A stretch of 64,000 nucleotides of DNA. It comes from a virus (Duplodnaviria > Heunggongvirae > Uroviricota > Caudoviricetes). Below, in pieces: positions 20,678-30,473 of this stretch. Position 1 is the stretch's first letter. Each line of letters begins with the position of its first letter. The stretch is taken from the IMG/VR virus record IMGVR_UViG_2687453522_000001; one strand, given 5' to 3'. The notes beneath the pieces were generated by a model that was not told the origin of the DNA, searched no databases, and saw only the letters and a list, made by a program, of their open reading frames with translations. The position numbers were made by a program, and so were the translations under genes.

Positions 20678-22405
20678 TTACTCAGAGTCACCAGCATCAA
20701 TCGTGTTACCGGTCAGGAAGTTAATTCCGCCATTTTTTGCCATAGTCAGAGTTACACGGGTGAAGTAGTCAGCACCGTTGCGTGGATGCATATCGTTGAT
20801 AGCCGAACCCCACAGAGTGGTTCGGTTGACTAGTGCCGGGGTGGTCGGATGCTGGAATGGGACAGCCGGGACTGCATCACCAGTTACGAAGCCCGCTTTG
20901 CCCGGATTTTCATCACGGACGTAGCACAGCACATCCATTGGGCTGAACTGGATACCGTCGGCGGTCAGGTTCGTACAAATACCTTCTGGTACTTCGAACA
21001 CTTTGACGTTGCCGAACAGAGTGCCAATGTAGTGGACGTATGGGGTCTGGATGTAATCTTCTGCTGGCTGGAAGAAATCCTTCGGCAATTGTTTGAAGAA
21101 AGATGCCGCATCAGCACCGGCATACATCCCCATCGCACCAGAAGATTTAACACGCTCAATAATACCGCGATATACCGTCTGGAATTTGCCTCGAATGATG
21201 GTTGCCCACACATCAAAGGTCTGGTTAGCTGGTAGTGCAATATCAAAGGAGTCGGTCGCAAGAGTTCGCCAAATCATGATACGAAGACGAAGCATATCTT
21301 GCTCATGGGACAGGTATTCCTTCAGGGTGCGGAACTGTAGGGAGCCAAGATCCAGACCAAATTCACGCTGTGCTTCATACGCCGCCTGTACCGTGTGCTC
21401 AGCCGCGATGACGAACTGGTTTGGGAACAGGGTGTAACTCTTCATTTCGTGGTTGATAAGTGGGATCAGCTCAGGAGCTGCTTCTATATTGATCTCCGCC
21501 TCAATGGCGATCTCAGTGCCTTTATCCGGCGCTTTGGAGAACGACAGGGCAATCTGACCAACGTTGTAATTCAAAGAGCAAGTAACAGTGATTTGTTCGC
21601 CTGCTTTGTTATTGAATGTGTGAAGCAGAGTACCGGAGCCGTTATCAACAACAGACTTAATACGGTTAACGTAGATGTTTGTGCGACCTTTGCGAATCGG
21701 GACATTCTGACCTTCGACATCTTCCATCTTGAAGGTTGCAGTTTTGCTGGTGCCGTCGGAGCTTGCAACCAGCACATAGCGGCGGCGCAACTGGCTGTAC
21801 ACGCCAACGGATTGCATGTCCAGAACATCGCCAATAGCATAGGAGCCAAAAGAAGAACCCGCTACGTTAAAGATTTCATAGATTTCGGACTTGTCACGCG
21901 TAACCGGAATGAATGTACACGCATCAGCGGTAGCTGCCCCCAACTGAACAGGCAGGATCATCGCCAAGAATAAAGGCAGACGCATAACCCCGTCAGAAAC
22001 ACTCATCATCTCTGCCGCGACTGATTCCAGCATCGCTTTATTGGTGGCGTCCATGCTATTGCGGGTGGACTCAATCAGGCAGTTTTCCAGCGTCTGATGG
22101 CAGGAGGCCAGAATTTCCGGACGTGGCATAGATTTATGTGTTGCGGCGTAGTCAGCCAGTGCACTTGCCCACGCTGTAGCGATTTGAGCGGTGGCATTAT
22201 CAGAGATACCCGCAAAAATTGGGTCTTTACGTGCAGCTTCAAGGATAGATGCGGCACGCGCGGCATCATCTTTAATGAATTGGTTATCAGTACCGAACTG
22301 CGCAGTGCTTGCCCAGCCAAGCACAGCTTTAGAGCGTTTTGCGATATCTGCAATACGATTCTGGTATTCGCGTAAGTTACTCAATTTACTCTTCCTTAAA
22401 CACAA
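20678..22405 (-). CDS. major capsid protein candidate
   Basis: 575-aa ORF next to parS-parB as for P1 gene 23; the track start is TTG, so the true start is uncertain. Confidence 0.45.
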   Translation of the reverse strand: MCLRKSKLSNLREYQNRIADIAKRSKAVLGWASTAQFGTDNQFIKDDAARAASILEAARKDPIFAGISDNATAQIATAWASALADYAATHKSMPRPEILASCHQTLENCLIESTRNSMDATNKAMLESVAAEMMSVSDGVMRLPLFLAMILPVQLGAATADACTFIPVTRDKSEIYEIFNVAGSSFGSYAIGDVLDMQSVGVYSQLRRRYVLVASSDGTSKTATFKMEDVEGQNVPIRKGRTNIYVNRIKSVVDNGSGTLLHTFNNKAGEQITVTCSLNYNVGQIALSFSKAPDKGTEIAIEAEINIEAAPELIPLINHEMKSYTLFPNQFVIAAEHTVQAAYEAQREFGLDLGSLQFRTLKEYLSHEQDMLRLRIMIWRTLATDSFDIALPANQTFDVWATIIRGKFQTVYRGIIERVKSSGAMGMYAGADAASFFKQLPKDFFQPAEDYIQTPYVHYIGTLFGNVKVFEVPEGICTNLTADGIQFSPMDVLCYVRDENPGKAGFVTGDAVPAVPFQHPTTPALVNRTTLWGSAINDMHPRNGADYFTRVTLTMAKNGGINFLTGNTIDAGDSE

Positions 22406-22499
22406 GGCACTTGTGTGAATCCCTTTTCGGAAGAGATTTTATTGAAAGTCACTTGTTGACTTTCTCGTGACAAGCAATTTTTTTATTTTTTTTCGGGAG

Positions 22500-22600
22500 T
22501 AGGGGAGGAAGGTAAAATCCAAGGTGAAATCGTGGCGATTTCACCTTGAAATTTTAGAGTGATTTACTTTAAAAACAGTAGGTTAATAGTGAAATTTGAA
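22500..22600. other. parS-like partition site
   Basis: ATTTCAC/GTGAAAT heptamers and TCGCCA/TGGCGA hexamers (GGTGAAATCGTGGCGATTTCACC...TAGTGAAATTTGAATGGCGA) downstream of parB. Confidence 0.55.
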
Positions 22601-22610
22601 TGGCGAAAGT

Positions 22611-23612
22611 TTAAGGCTTCGGCTTTTTATCGAGGCTCTTTCTAAGGATATGCCCAATCATCCTGTCGAGTTCTTCCTGTAGCTCTTTTGAAAGTCGATT
22701 AAACTCATAAGAAAATGCACGGCCTTTCACGCGCTTCCTTGCAAAGCGATCCTTGTCCTCAAATTTCCATAATTCAGTAACTACGGACTTATCTTTAGAA
22801 CCTTTATCCGTGAGTAGTGAGGCTTCCTTTGTTATCAAGCGCAGGATTTTATTTTTAACTTCATCTTCGGCCATTTCTTCAATGGATAAGATGTCGTTTA
22901 TTTCCGGGGATATGTTTTGAATAAGCTGATCAAACTCTAAATTCTTGTTCCCCATTTCGTCGCCAACAGCACAAAGCGTTTTGTAGTCCGAAAAGGTTAA
23001 TTCCGACTGCACAGGGAAAAGGGCGACTAATTCTTCCGGAGCACTCGCTGCCTGGAGAGCACGCGTGACTTTCGCCTGAGACAGCCCTTCCTTGGCTGCA
23101 ATATCCTTCTGACTCATCCCATCATTTTTCATTCGCATCAAACGCAGACCTATTTCTCGAATGCTGTGCTGCAATGCTGTCTGAACGTCTTTCGCTAAAT
23201 TTTGCGCTTCCTGAACGCTGATCTCCTGGTCCGTGACTAAAACCCGCAACCCTACGTTCTCTAAGATGGCAGAAGCTCGACGCCGGGAACCATCCAAAAT
23301 TTCAATTTTCCCTGTAGCCCGTCTAACACCTATTGCAGGGTAAAATTGCTGATGCTTAATAGTGCTTCGGATACTTTTTAATGATTTTGGCGTAAGAGAT
23401 GCCTGGTCACGCCCGTTGTTATGCTGATCAACAAAGGTATCGCGTTCTACCTGGTTCGGAGGTATTACCTCTTCAATAAATGTGGCCTGGCGACCAGTTG
23501 ATAACTTGAATACCTGCTCGACTCGATCGCCAGAGGCTGAAGAACTATCAAATCCGCTTAATATTGAAGGATTAAGGGTTCGCCCAATTGTTGGTCTGTT
23601 TTTCTTTGACAT
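22611..23612 (-). CDS. parB: ParB partition protein
   Basis: 333 aa downstream of parA; ParB-like N-terminal region and HTH segment. Confidence 0.85.
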   Translation of the reverse strand: MSKKNRPTIGRTLNPSILSGFDSSSASGDRVEQVFKLSTGRQATFIEEVIPPNQVERDTFVDQHNNGRDQASLTPKSLKSIRSTIKHQQFYPAIGVRRATGKIEILDGSRRRASAILENVGLRVLVTDQEISVQEAQNLAKDVQTALQHSIREIGLRLMRMKNDGMSQKDIAAKEGLSQAKVTRALQAASAPEELVALFPVQSELTFSDYKTLCAVGDEMGNKNLEFDQLIQNISPEINDILSIEEMAEDEVKNKILRLITKEASLLTDKGSKDKSVVTELWKFEDKDRFARKRVKGRAFSYEFNRLSKELQEELDRMIGHILRKSLDKKPKP

Positions 23613-23628
23613 GGGGGTTTCTTACTCC

Positions 23629-24825
23629 TCAGTTAGATCTGATAAATTCAATACGGTCAAAAACTGCTTTAGCAAAATCTTCCGCGGCAATTCGCGCGTT
23701 CTTCAATGCATCAGCACTACCAACATACGTTGCCGGGTTAGCTGAAATAACAGTGTCAAAAGACTCGCCGCAACGTTCAAAACCGTCAAGGCGAGGGAGG
23801 ACGACATCGAGCATATCCCCACCGAACACTTCTTTAGCCAAGCTATGGCAATACTTATGATCTGCCTTGTTACTCAACTTGGACATAAAACCAATGTTAG
23901 TCGCAAGCTGGCACTCGCAGCCTTCATCCGAAATGAGTTTCACCAACTCAGGAAGGCGGGCAACGTATTTAAGCGATGAGTGGAAATCGACAGTTGCTGG
24001 CGGCAGAGGTGTAAACAGTATATTGGCCGAGGCCAAAGCATTTTTCAGGAAGGCGTCAAGGTGAGGACCACTATCAACGAGGATAAAGTCATAATCGCTC
24101 TTCAGCTTATCAATCACATTTTCTTTCAGGACAGCATGGATGTTCTGACCCGGTAGATGCTCATTGCACAGCTCTCTCCAATCGGATGCAATAAAGGCAT
24201 CGTCAATCGACGCAGGCATAACGTCAACCCCAGGTACAACAGAAGGAACAATAAACTCCTCTAACAGCTCTTCACGGCTTACATTCTGCAACATAGCCTG
24301 TGCAGATGTTGCGTTTACGATACCAATAGAGTGTTTATGGCTTAAAAACATCGTTGCTGAAGATTGCGGATCAAGGTCAATAACCAGAATCCTTAAATCT
24401 TCCATCAGAAGATGAGGGTGGGCACGCATTGCATGCGCCAGAGAAACCGTCGATACAGTTTTTGACACACCGCCTTTAAGATTGGAGATGAAAATCACAT
24501 ACGCTTCGCTGTAGCGATCCCGGTATTTTGGCACTCCGCGATGTTCATATATGTCAATGATGTTCTGAATTGACATCGCATATTTCATTGAAGAGCCAGC
24601 AGGGCGTTTATCGAAAACATAGCCCTTTTCTTCCATTTCACTTACGGCATAGTCAACGTTCGCTCGAGTCAGTAGAGGCAATTTTGCCAGTGCCGCTTTC
24701 GCATAGACCTGGTAAAACTCGTTCGCGTGTAGCTCATCCTTTTGCAACTGTACTTGTTCAGTCAGAACATTGAGCATTCTGTTTGCTCTTTGAGCAACCT
24801 TGTGAAGCTGGCTGGAATCACTCAT
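23629..24825 (-). CDS. parA: ParA partition ATPase (long N-terminal type)
   Basis: 398 aa; KGGVSKT Walker A after a roughly 100-aa regulatory N-terminal extension. Confidence 0.85.
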   Translation of the reverse strand: MSDSSQLHKVAQRANRMLNVLTEQVQLQKDELHANEFYQVYAKAALAKLPLLTRANVDYAVSEMEEKGYVFDKRPAGSSMKYAMSIQNIIDIYEHRGVPKYRDRYSEAYVIFISNLKGGVSKTVSTVSLAHAMRAHPHLLMEDLRILVIDLDPQSSATMFLSHKHSIGIVNATSAQAMLQNVSREELLEEFIVPSVVPGVDVMPASIDDAFIASDWRELCNEHLPGQNIHAVLKENVIDKLKSDYDFILVDSGPHLDAFLKNALASANILFTPLPPATVDFHSSLKYVARLPELVKLISDEGCECQLATNIGFMSKLSNKADHKYCHSLAKEVFGGDMLDVVLPRLDGFERCGESFDTVISANPATYVGSADALKNARIAAEDFAKAVFDRIEFIRSN

Positions 24826-25098
24826 CGAAAGTCATCCTTTATGCTGTATTTTTGAATTTAATTAAAAATGCTGCATAAAATAATAATGTATGCGTAGATG
24901 CTTGTACATAGCATTCTCTGCATGTTTACTCCTTTGCCAAGTGTGTCACAACATGCTTTGGCATCCTCCACGTATAAAGGACGCGGATTTCTTCTATGTT
25001 CAGGTTGTAGCCTGAATCATTTTGGTGATTTCCTGCTTCAACGGGCAGCCAGGCTTCACTCTCTATCAACTGGTGAGAACGGCTTGCCCGGCAGCTTC

Positions 25099-25382
25099 GA
25101 TGTGTGCTGGAGGGAGAATAAAAGTCTAAGATGTGCGATAGAGGGAAGTCGCATTGAATTATGTGCTGTGGAGGGATCGCTGGTATCAAATATGTGTGCT
25201 GGAGGGAAAGACAGAGAATTACATGTGCGCTGGAGGGAAAAACTGATGGACAGATGTGTGCTGGAGGGAAAGTCTGGGCAAACTGCGGGGCGTCCCCCTC
25301 CAGCGCACATCAAAAACAGGAAATTGGACAAGCCTTCCCGGCAGCACACATTTTTTGAATGCAGCTGCCCTCCAGCACACAC
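25099..25382. repeat. incA-like iteron array (about nine 19-bp iterons, both orientations)
   Basis: Repeats of GATGTGTGCTGGAGGGAAA and its reverse complement CCCTCCAGCACACA, immediately downstream of repA. Confidence 0.8.
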
Positions 25383-26243
25383 TTATTCGGGGAGTTTCAG
25401 CTTTGGATTGCGAGAATGGACGATTACAAAACTTTCCCGGCCTTTCTTCTCAATTGAACAGTCGAGATAGCCGATTGTTTTAAGCTGTTCTATCGCTTTC
25501 TTAATGATACGGTTTTGCTCGCCAACAGCTGACTGCAAAGCCAGGCGCTCACGGATTCGCGCGAACGATAGCGGCAACGGGTTCTGCGGAAGGCTTTCGA
25601 TGAAAGTGTAAATGGCTTGTGCAGCTTCTTTCTTCGGAAGGGCACGCAAGGCGTGGTGTTGCAACAGAACGCGATAATCAAGCTGGAACAGCTCCCACAA
25701 CTTCGAATCAGCCTCCAGCTCTATCAGATCAAGGTCAGCATCAAAACGCCCGACCTTCAGCAGACCAGTCTGATAGCCGCCTTTAGCATCTTTTCCGCGC
25801 TTAAAAGCGATACCCTTGTTACGCAAGCGTCCAAGTGATTCATGAATGGTTAAACGCAGTTTCGCATCCAGACGTTTTGAGGGGAAACCACAGGCTTTAG
25901 CGAATTCCTGAAACGATAACTGGATGGTGTTTGAGGACAAGCCGTATTTGCTGAACGCGTAGATGACACCGATCCACGTTTTGAAATCAGTATCCATATC
26001 GAGTCGAGGACCGGTGATTTTAATATCATCGTAACCCTCGGCTTTAGCTATCTCCAGCTGGGAAAACGCTTTGGTGGCATCAATCTCTTTACTTTCTCCT
26101 TTGCTCTTTGATGGCTTCGGCACGAATACCCCCAAGCGCATCAACGCTACAGGCTGCACAGTGTTGTTTGAATTAACTGTTAGTTCTTTTGCCTTACTTT
26201 CAATGTCTGCGTAAAGAATATCGGAGATAAATGATTGATTCAT
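25383..26243 (-). CDS. repA: RepA plasmid replication initiator
   Basis: 286-aa ORF bracketed by iteron arrays on both sides. Confidence 0.85.
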   Translation of the reverse strand: MNQSFISDILYADIESKAKELTVNSNNTVQPVALMRLGVFVPKPSKSKGESKEIDATKAFSQLEIAKAEGYDDIKITGPRLDMDTDFKTWIGVIYAFSKYGLSSNTIQLSFQEFAKACGFPSKRLDAKLRLTIHESLGRLRNKGIAFKRGKDAKGGYQTGLLKVGRFDADLDLIELEADSKLWELFQLDYRVLLQHHALRALPKKEAAQAIYTFIESLPQNPLPLSFARIRERLALQSAVGEQNRIIKKAIEQLKTIGYLDCSIEKKGRESFVIVHSRNPKLKLPE

Positions 26244-26299
26244 GTTACTTTTTCCGAATTGTGTGGATAGTTTTTATAAGTGGTGATAACTACCCAGGC

Positions 26300-26403
26300 T
26301 TTCCCGTCAGCACACATCCTATATCCCGCCAGCACACATTAGCAACCCGTCAGCACACATTTTTATCCCTCCAGCACACATCGTTTTCCCTCCAGCACAC
26401 ATC
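26300..26403. repeat. incC-like origin iterons (five direct copies)
   Basis: Five repeats of CC(G/T)(T/C)CAGCACACAT at about 21-bp spacing upstream of repA. Confidence 0.8.
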
Positions 26404-26442
26404 GCGATACACTTCTAAGCCAGACGTGGCGCGGCCTGCAAC

Positions 26443-26520
26443 GATCAGGGATCTATATGGATCTAATTGGGATCTGTATGGACCTGATTATTGGATCTAC
26501 CCAGTGGATAATGTGGATAA
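26443..26520. promoter_or_regulatory. origin elements: cluster of five GATC sites and two tandem DnaA boxes
   Basis: GATC at 26443, 26450, 26460, 26471 and 26494; AGTGGATAA and TGTGGATAA at 26503-26520; another TGTGGATAG near 26268. Confidence 0.6.
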
Positions 26521-26569
26521 GTGAAAAACCGGCCACTGAGGACCGATTTCTGTGAAGAGTTGAAGCGAA

Positions 26570-26971
26570 TTAGTTGTCGTTTTCCGTACCTACTTCTTCG
26601 ATCAACAAACTACTTGTATAGATGCGTAACGTATCACCTTTGTAGAGGAATTGATAACCAACACCTCCTATGGCAGGGAGGTCGGGGAACATTTCAGAAG
26701 CAACCCCAGAGCAAATCACGGCGATACAGTCATCCCGCTGTACATCCTTACGCTCTGTACTCAAAGTTTGCTCTTCCCCGATTGCCTTTGTCATCTCCTC
26801 ATCTTCGTACGCAACAGGGATATATTCAATCGCATCAGGCGTTTTGATACCCAGTTCTTCAGCAATCTCGAACGCCTGTTTAAATTGATCTGACCCAGGA
26901 TATCCAACGGTAATACTCTCAATTTCGAACAAAGAAGTAGCGTTGTTTATTTCTTGTTTAACCGCAAACAT
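26570..26971 (-). CDS. hypothetical protein
   Basis: 133-aa ORF. Confidence 0.5.
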   Translation of the reverse strand: MFAVKQEINNATSLFEIESITVGYPGSDQFKQAFEIAEELGIKTPDAIEYIPVAYEDEEMTKAIGEEQTLSTERKDVQRDDCIAVICSGVASEMFPDLPAIGGVGYQFLYKGDTLRIYTSSLLIEEVGTENDN

Positions 26972-27041
26972 GTTGTTTGTCCTTAGTGGCTTCCTGCCAA
27001 AGTAAAGTCATGAGTGTTGATATTACGATTTCTACAGTTGA

Positions 27042-27401
27042 TTAAATCTGCTCGCTGAGCTTTTGCTTCAGCAGATAACCTTCCAGCGGCCAGATTTTCT
27101 CAATGGCGTTCTTACGGGCCACCTTACGGCCAATCTCCGCGTCGAAATTTTCAGGGCTGGCACAGGCGCTTTCCCCGGTAACAATGAATCCATTGCACAG
27201 CACCAAGACACAGATGGTCAGGCTACGCGTAGAGGGATGAACAGACAGCACCTCACGAACGCCTTCGTGCGCAGCGCGAATGCCGTCAAAAGCTGTGAAA
27301 TAATGCTCTTCGGCAATCACACTCTCGATGTGATCAGGAGTCAGGCGTGGTGCTGTTTTGCCTTTGGCCAGAATCTCTTTTTCAATTTCCATATCGGACA
27401 T
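27042..27401 (-). CDS. hypothetical protein
   Basis: 119-aa ORF with plausible start context. Confidence 0.5.
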   Translation of the reverse strand: MSDMEIEKEILAKGKTAPRLTPDHIESVIAEEHYFTAFDGIRAAHEGVREVLSVHPSTRSLTICVLVLCNGFIVTGESACASPENFDAEIGRKVARKNAIEKIWPLEGYLLKQKLSEQI

Positions 27402-27412
27402 AGTTTTTCCTT

Positions 27413-27745
27413 TTAGTTACCGCTGATAGCACGGTTGTAATCATTAACGTTGCGATTCTTCCTGTTAATCCCCTTCAGCATCGTTTCTGTATCGAGGATA
27501 TACGCTGGCAGATCATCAAAATATTCACTGCTAAACTCTGGCATTCTGCACATAAATGCACTTTTGGGGGCAGGGTGGTTAACCTTTGTCGGCGTCGGCG
27601 TTAAATTCGCTGATCGACTCCCGGAGCAACCGCTGAGTGTCAGCAGGAATGCGCTGGCGAACATTACCCGCCGCAACCAGTTGTTTCTGAACTTCAGCTT
27701 TTCGTTCCATTTGCCTGTCAGCATATTTGGCTTGTTCTGATTCAT
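27413..27745 (-). CDS. outer-membrane lipoprotein (o-spanin-like), overlapping the upstream gene out of frame
   Basis: 110 aa; lipobox LTLSGC after a signal-like segment; start lies inside the 3' end of the gene at 27579-28001. Confidence 0.45.
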   Translation of the reverse strand: MNQNKPNMLTGKWNEKLKFRNNWLRRVMFASAFLLTLSGCSGSRSANLTPTPTKVNHPAPKSAFMCRMPEFSSEYFDDLPAYILDTETMLKGINRKNRNVNDYNRAISGN

Positions 27746-28001
27746 TTTTCACTTCCTGGCTGTGAAAATGTTGCTCTGCTTTGTTCATCGTCTCAATGGT
27801 CTGGTTAAGATCCATTATTGACTTATCACGTTCCTTAACAGCCTGATCAAGACTGCCAATTTTCTCCATGGCTTGCTTTAGCTGATGACGTTCCCATGCA
27901 AACCCAGCACCAACAAGTGCGCAAATCAGAACAAGAACACCAGTAGCAGCAAGTTTCTCCTTCAAAGACAAAGCTGTTTTTAACGTAGAAAAGAATGACA
28001 T
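27579..28001 (-). CDS. membrane-anchored coiled-coil protein (i-spanin-like)
   Basis: N-terminal TM helix (VLVLICALVGAGFAW) then charged helical region; start set at the MSFFSTLK Met. Confidence 0.45.
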   Translation of the reverse strand: MSFFSTLKTALSLKEKLAATGVLVLICALVGAGFAWERHQLKQAMEKIGSLDQAVKERDKSIMDLNQTIETMNKAEQHFHSQEVKNESEQAKYADRQMERKAEVQKQLVAAGNVRQRIPADTQRLLRESISEFNADADKG

Positions 28002-28040
28002 GTCTTCCTCCTGAAGAAAAATTATCAATGAAGTCCTTTG

Positions 28041-28829
28041 TTACTGTGCCGCTTTGTTTAATTCATCAAGAACAGAATCAGGAACCAAAGCGGCAACTGC
28101 GCTGGCTGTGCTGACCTTATTTGCTGATGCTTCCGCAAGAGCGGTACCGATAGCATGGTTATAAGCAGTTATGGCTACGTTGGCGCTTTCATTCGCTCGT
28201 TCATACTGCTGTTGTAACGCAGTTGTGGGCGCTGTTGTCTGGTTGAAAACAACCCCAAACTGTTCAGTTGCTACTTTCAGAGATTCAATTTGCTCTTCTG
28301 TTAGTGCTGGTGGGGGAGTGGCAGTGCCGCCGCCTGAACCAGAGCCTGACGAGCTTCCTGAGCCAGTGTTAAGGGTCTGGTTAATCTCCCCCATAGCAGC
28401 GACTAAACTTGTTGTATTAAGCGCGTTAACAGCGTCCTCAAGCGATTTAGTAATATTCACATCACCAATGGCAATAGAGATCGGCAGTTCTGAAACTTCT
28501 CGCTCATTAGCACGGCAGTAAACATCCCAACCAATATCGAGTTGAAGCAGCATTGACAGATCTGCATAACCAGCCAACAGGTCCGCGTGCTTAGTTGCCA
28601 GTTCTCCAATGTTCGTTAAGCCGGTTGTGGTTGTTCTGATCGTTGAAACATAGCTGGTAATAGTGTCGGGATAGACAATTGTATCCAGAATTAATCCGGT
28701 CAATTCTTCTGCAAGCAGTTTTGCTGTGTTAGCACTGTTTCGTGCCGATGTTATGGCACCAGGTGTTTTCATCCCACCGGCGGCGGCCAATTTTTTATAT
28801 GCGGATAACTGGTAGTCTTTTTCCAGCAT
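28041..28829 (-). CDS. hypothetical protein with Gly/Ser-rich linker
   Basis: Start set at the MLEKDYQ Met; GSGSSSGSGSGGG linker mid-protein. Confidence 0.45.
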   Translation of the reverse strand: MLEKDYQLSAYKKLAAAGGMKTPGAITSARNSANTAKLLAEELTGLILDTIVYPDTITSYVSTIRTTTTGLTNIGELATKHADLLAGYADLSMLLQLDIGWDVYCRANEREVSELPISIAIGDVNITKSLEDAVNALNTTSLVAAMGEINQTLNTGSGSSSGSGSGGGTATPPPALTEEQIESLKVATEQFGVVFNQTTAPTTALQQQYERANESANVAITAYNHAIGTALAEASANKVSTASAVAALVPDSVLDELNKAAQ

Positions 28830-28837
28830 GATATCTC

Positions 28838-29122
28838 CTAACTTACCTGAACCAGGCCGTCTCCGGATGCTACGGTAGATCCGCATGAAACAGGGTCACC
28901 AACGCATACGATCCCTTTACCATTGACGGTAAACCATGCCCTGGTTGATATAGCTTGCCCACCGTGCGTACTGTTTCCATCGGTATGCTGTGCATATTGC
29001 TTACCATCAACTAACACTTCGACTCCGTTGACTTTAAGTAGTGGTTCACTCTCTACAGGAGGCCTGGATGGGAATCCTCCGTGCCCCGAACAAATGCTGT
29101 CTTTTGTTGCAATACTTGCCAC
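28838..29122 (-). CDS. small Gly/Val-rich protein, possibly PAAR-like spike tip
   Basis: 94 aa with VNG.G and GD.V.CG motifs; family assignment tentative. Confidence 0.35.
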   Translation of the reverse strand: MASIATKDSICSGHGGFPSRPPVESEPLLKVNGVEVLVDGKQYAQHTDGNSTHGGQAISTRAWFTVNGKGIVCVGDPVSCGSTVASGDGLVQVS

Positions 29123-29202
29123 GTCATCACCAATTATTTGCTCTGGTTTTCGTTATTTTAACTTAGGTTACTTGTGGTCTATATGGTGTTAACTATTGCA
29201 TG

Positions 29203-29219
29203 ATTGCTCTAATAAATAT
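29203..29219 (+). promoter_or_regulatory. C1-type operator upstream of the hrdC-dmt operon
   Basis: ATTGCTCTAATAAATAT. Confidence 0.55.
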
Positions 29220-29290
29220 TGTTTTTTATGTCGTGTTTTCGGTACCATTCAGCCATCGCCCTTCAATGGGTATTTGTTTGGAGTCGTCAG

Positions 29291-29575
29291 ATGCAGATGG
29301 AGCTAATAAGCCGCAAAGAGTTCGATAGCCGTGTAACCAGCGGTGAACTCGACAACTTGCAGGCTATCAAGGTGAAAGAAGGCTTTTGCCTCATTGGGAA
29401 TCAGAGCGGAACAAATCGCGTTTTTATGCTTCGCCGTACGGATTTGAAGCCATTTGTCTGGAAGAACGAAATTGGTCCCAGCTCATACGCTCAAACTAGG
29501 GGGTGCCTCAACCTGGCCTTTTTCTACAAAAACGAGCTTTCTGTGGTTGATATTCAAGGGTTACAACATGTTTAA
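29291..29575 (+). CDS. hypothetical protein, first gene of the hrdC-dmt operon
   Basis: Start set at the ATG 8 nt after GGAG; stop overlaps the rdgC-like start (ATGTTTAA). Confidence 0.45.
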   Translation: MQMELISRKEFDSRVTSGELDNLQAIKVKEGFCLIGNQSGTNRVFMLRRTDLKPFVWKNEIGPSSYAQTRGCLNLAFFYKNELSVVDIQGLQHV

Positions 29576-30473
29576 GCACTGGAAAAACATTACTATTTAT
29601 AAACTTTCTCGTGAAGCGGATCTGACCGACTTAGAAGATAAAAAGAAAATGATCCTTTTCACGCCATGCGGTAGTCAGGATATGGCCAAGTTCGGTTTTG
29701 TATCTCCATTTGGTGATAATTCCGAAGTTATCGCTATGCATGGAAATGGTTTTATCCTTGTTGAAGCAAAGCGCGAAACAAAAATCCTTCCCCCGCCGGT
29801 TATCCAGCGAGCTATTCAAGAAAAAATTGAAAAACTCGAGCAAGAACAAGCGCGTAAACTGAAGAAAACAGAGAAGGACTCCCTGAAAGACGAAGTTCTG
29901 CATTCTCTTCTGCCACGGGCTTTTTCAAAGTTTTCTGTTATCCAGGCGATCTACGACGGTTCAACTAAACGTATCTATATCAATGCCAGCGCGCGGCAGG
30001 CAGAGGATATGCTCGCGCTTATGCGTAAATCTCTGGGTTCTCTTCCTGTTGTTCCCCTAAGTGTTGAAAATCCCATTGAATTAACGCTGACCGACTGGGT
30101 ACGTGATGGTAGTGCTCCACAGGGATTTCAAATGGGGGATGCGGCAGAACTTAAGGCAGTGCTTGAGGATGGCGGTATTGCCCGAGTGAAAAAGCAGGAT
30201 TTGGGAAGCGATGAAATTTCCACACACCTGGAAGCTGGCAAGCTCGTTACTAAGTTGGCACTCGACTGGCAGAACCGCATTAAATTTACACTGGACCATA
30301 ACTTCAGCCTTACCAGCGTCAAATTTGCGGATGAATTGCTTGAGCAGAACTCTGATATTGATAGTGAAGATGTTGCGCAGCGACTGGACGCAGATTTCTT
30401 CCTGTTGACCAGTGAAATTTCGTGCCTGGTTGATGCTCTGGTAAATGCCCTTGGTGGAGAGGCTAAGCAGTGA
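29568..30473 (+). CDS. hrdC: RdgC-like recombination-associated protein
   Basis: N-terminus [16 protein letters not shown]...[17 protein letters not shown] resembles E. coli RdgC; the track ORF start at 29454 is an N-terminal over-extension. Confidence 0.8.
   Translation: MFKHWKNITIYKLSREADLTDLEDKKKMILFTPCGSQDMAKFGFVSPFGDNSEVIAMHGNGFILVEAKRETKILPPPVIQRAIQEKIEKLEQEQARKLKKTEKDSLKDEVLHSLLPRAFSKFSVIQAIYDGSTKRIYINASARQAEDMLALMRKSLGSLPVVPLSVENPIELTLTDWVRDGSAPQGFQMGDAAELKAVLEDGGIARVKKQDLGSDEISTHLEAGKLVTKLALDWQNRIKFTLDHNFSLTSVKFADELLEQNSDIDSEDVAQRLDADFFLLTSEISCLVDALVNALGGEAKQ

Noticed and set aside
24898-26524. Possible CRISPR array or coding ORFs (track ORFs 24898..25470, 25056..25382, 25161..25358, 26231..26524) over the GTGTGCTGGAGGGA repeats
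   Set aside because: Repeats are 19-bp iterons with irregular short spacing, present in both orientations on either side of repA, with DnaA boxes and a GATC cluster; this is plasmid origin/incompatibility architecture. The ORFs are artefacts of the repeats.
29454-29567. N-terminal 38-aa extension of the RdgC-like ORF as given in the track
   Set aside because: RdgC-family proteins begin at the MFKHWKN-type motif; the ATG at 29568 overlaps the upstream stop (ATGTTTAA), indicating translational coupling from there.
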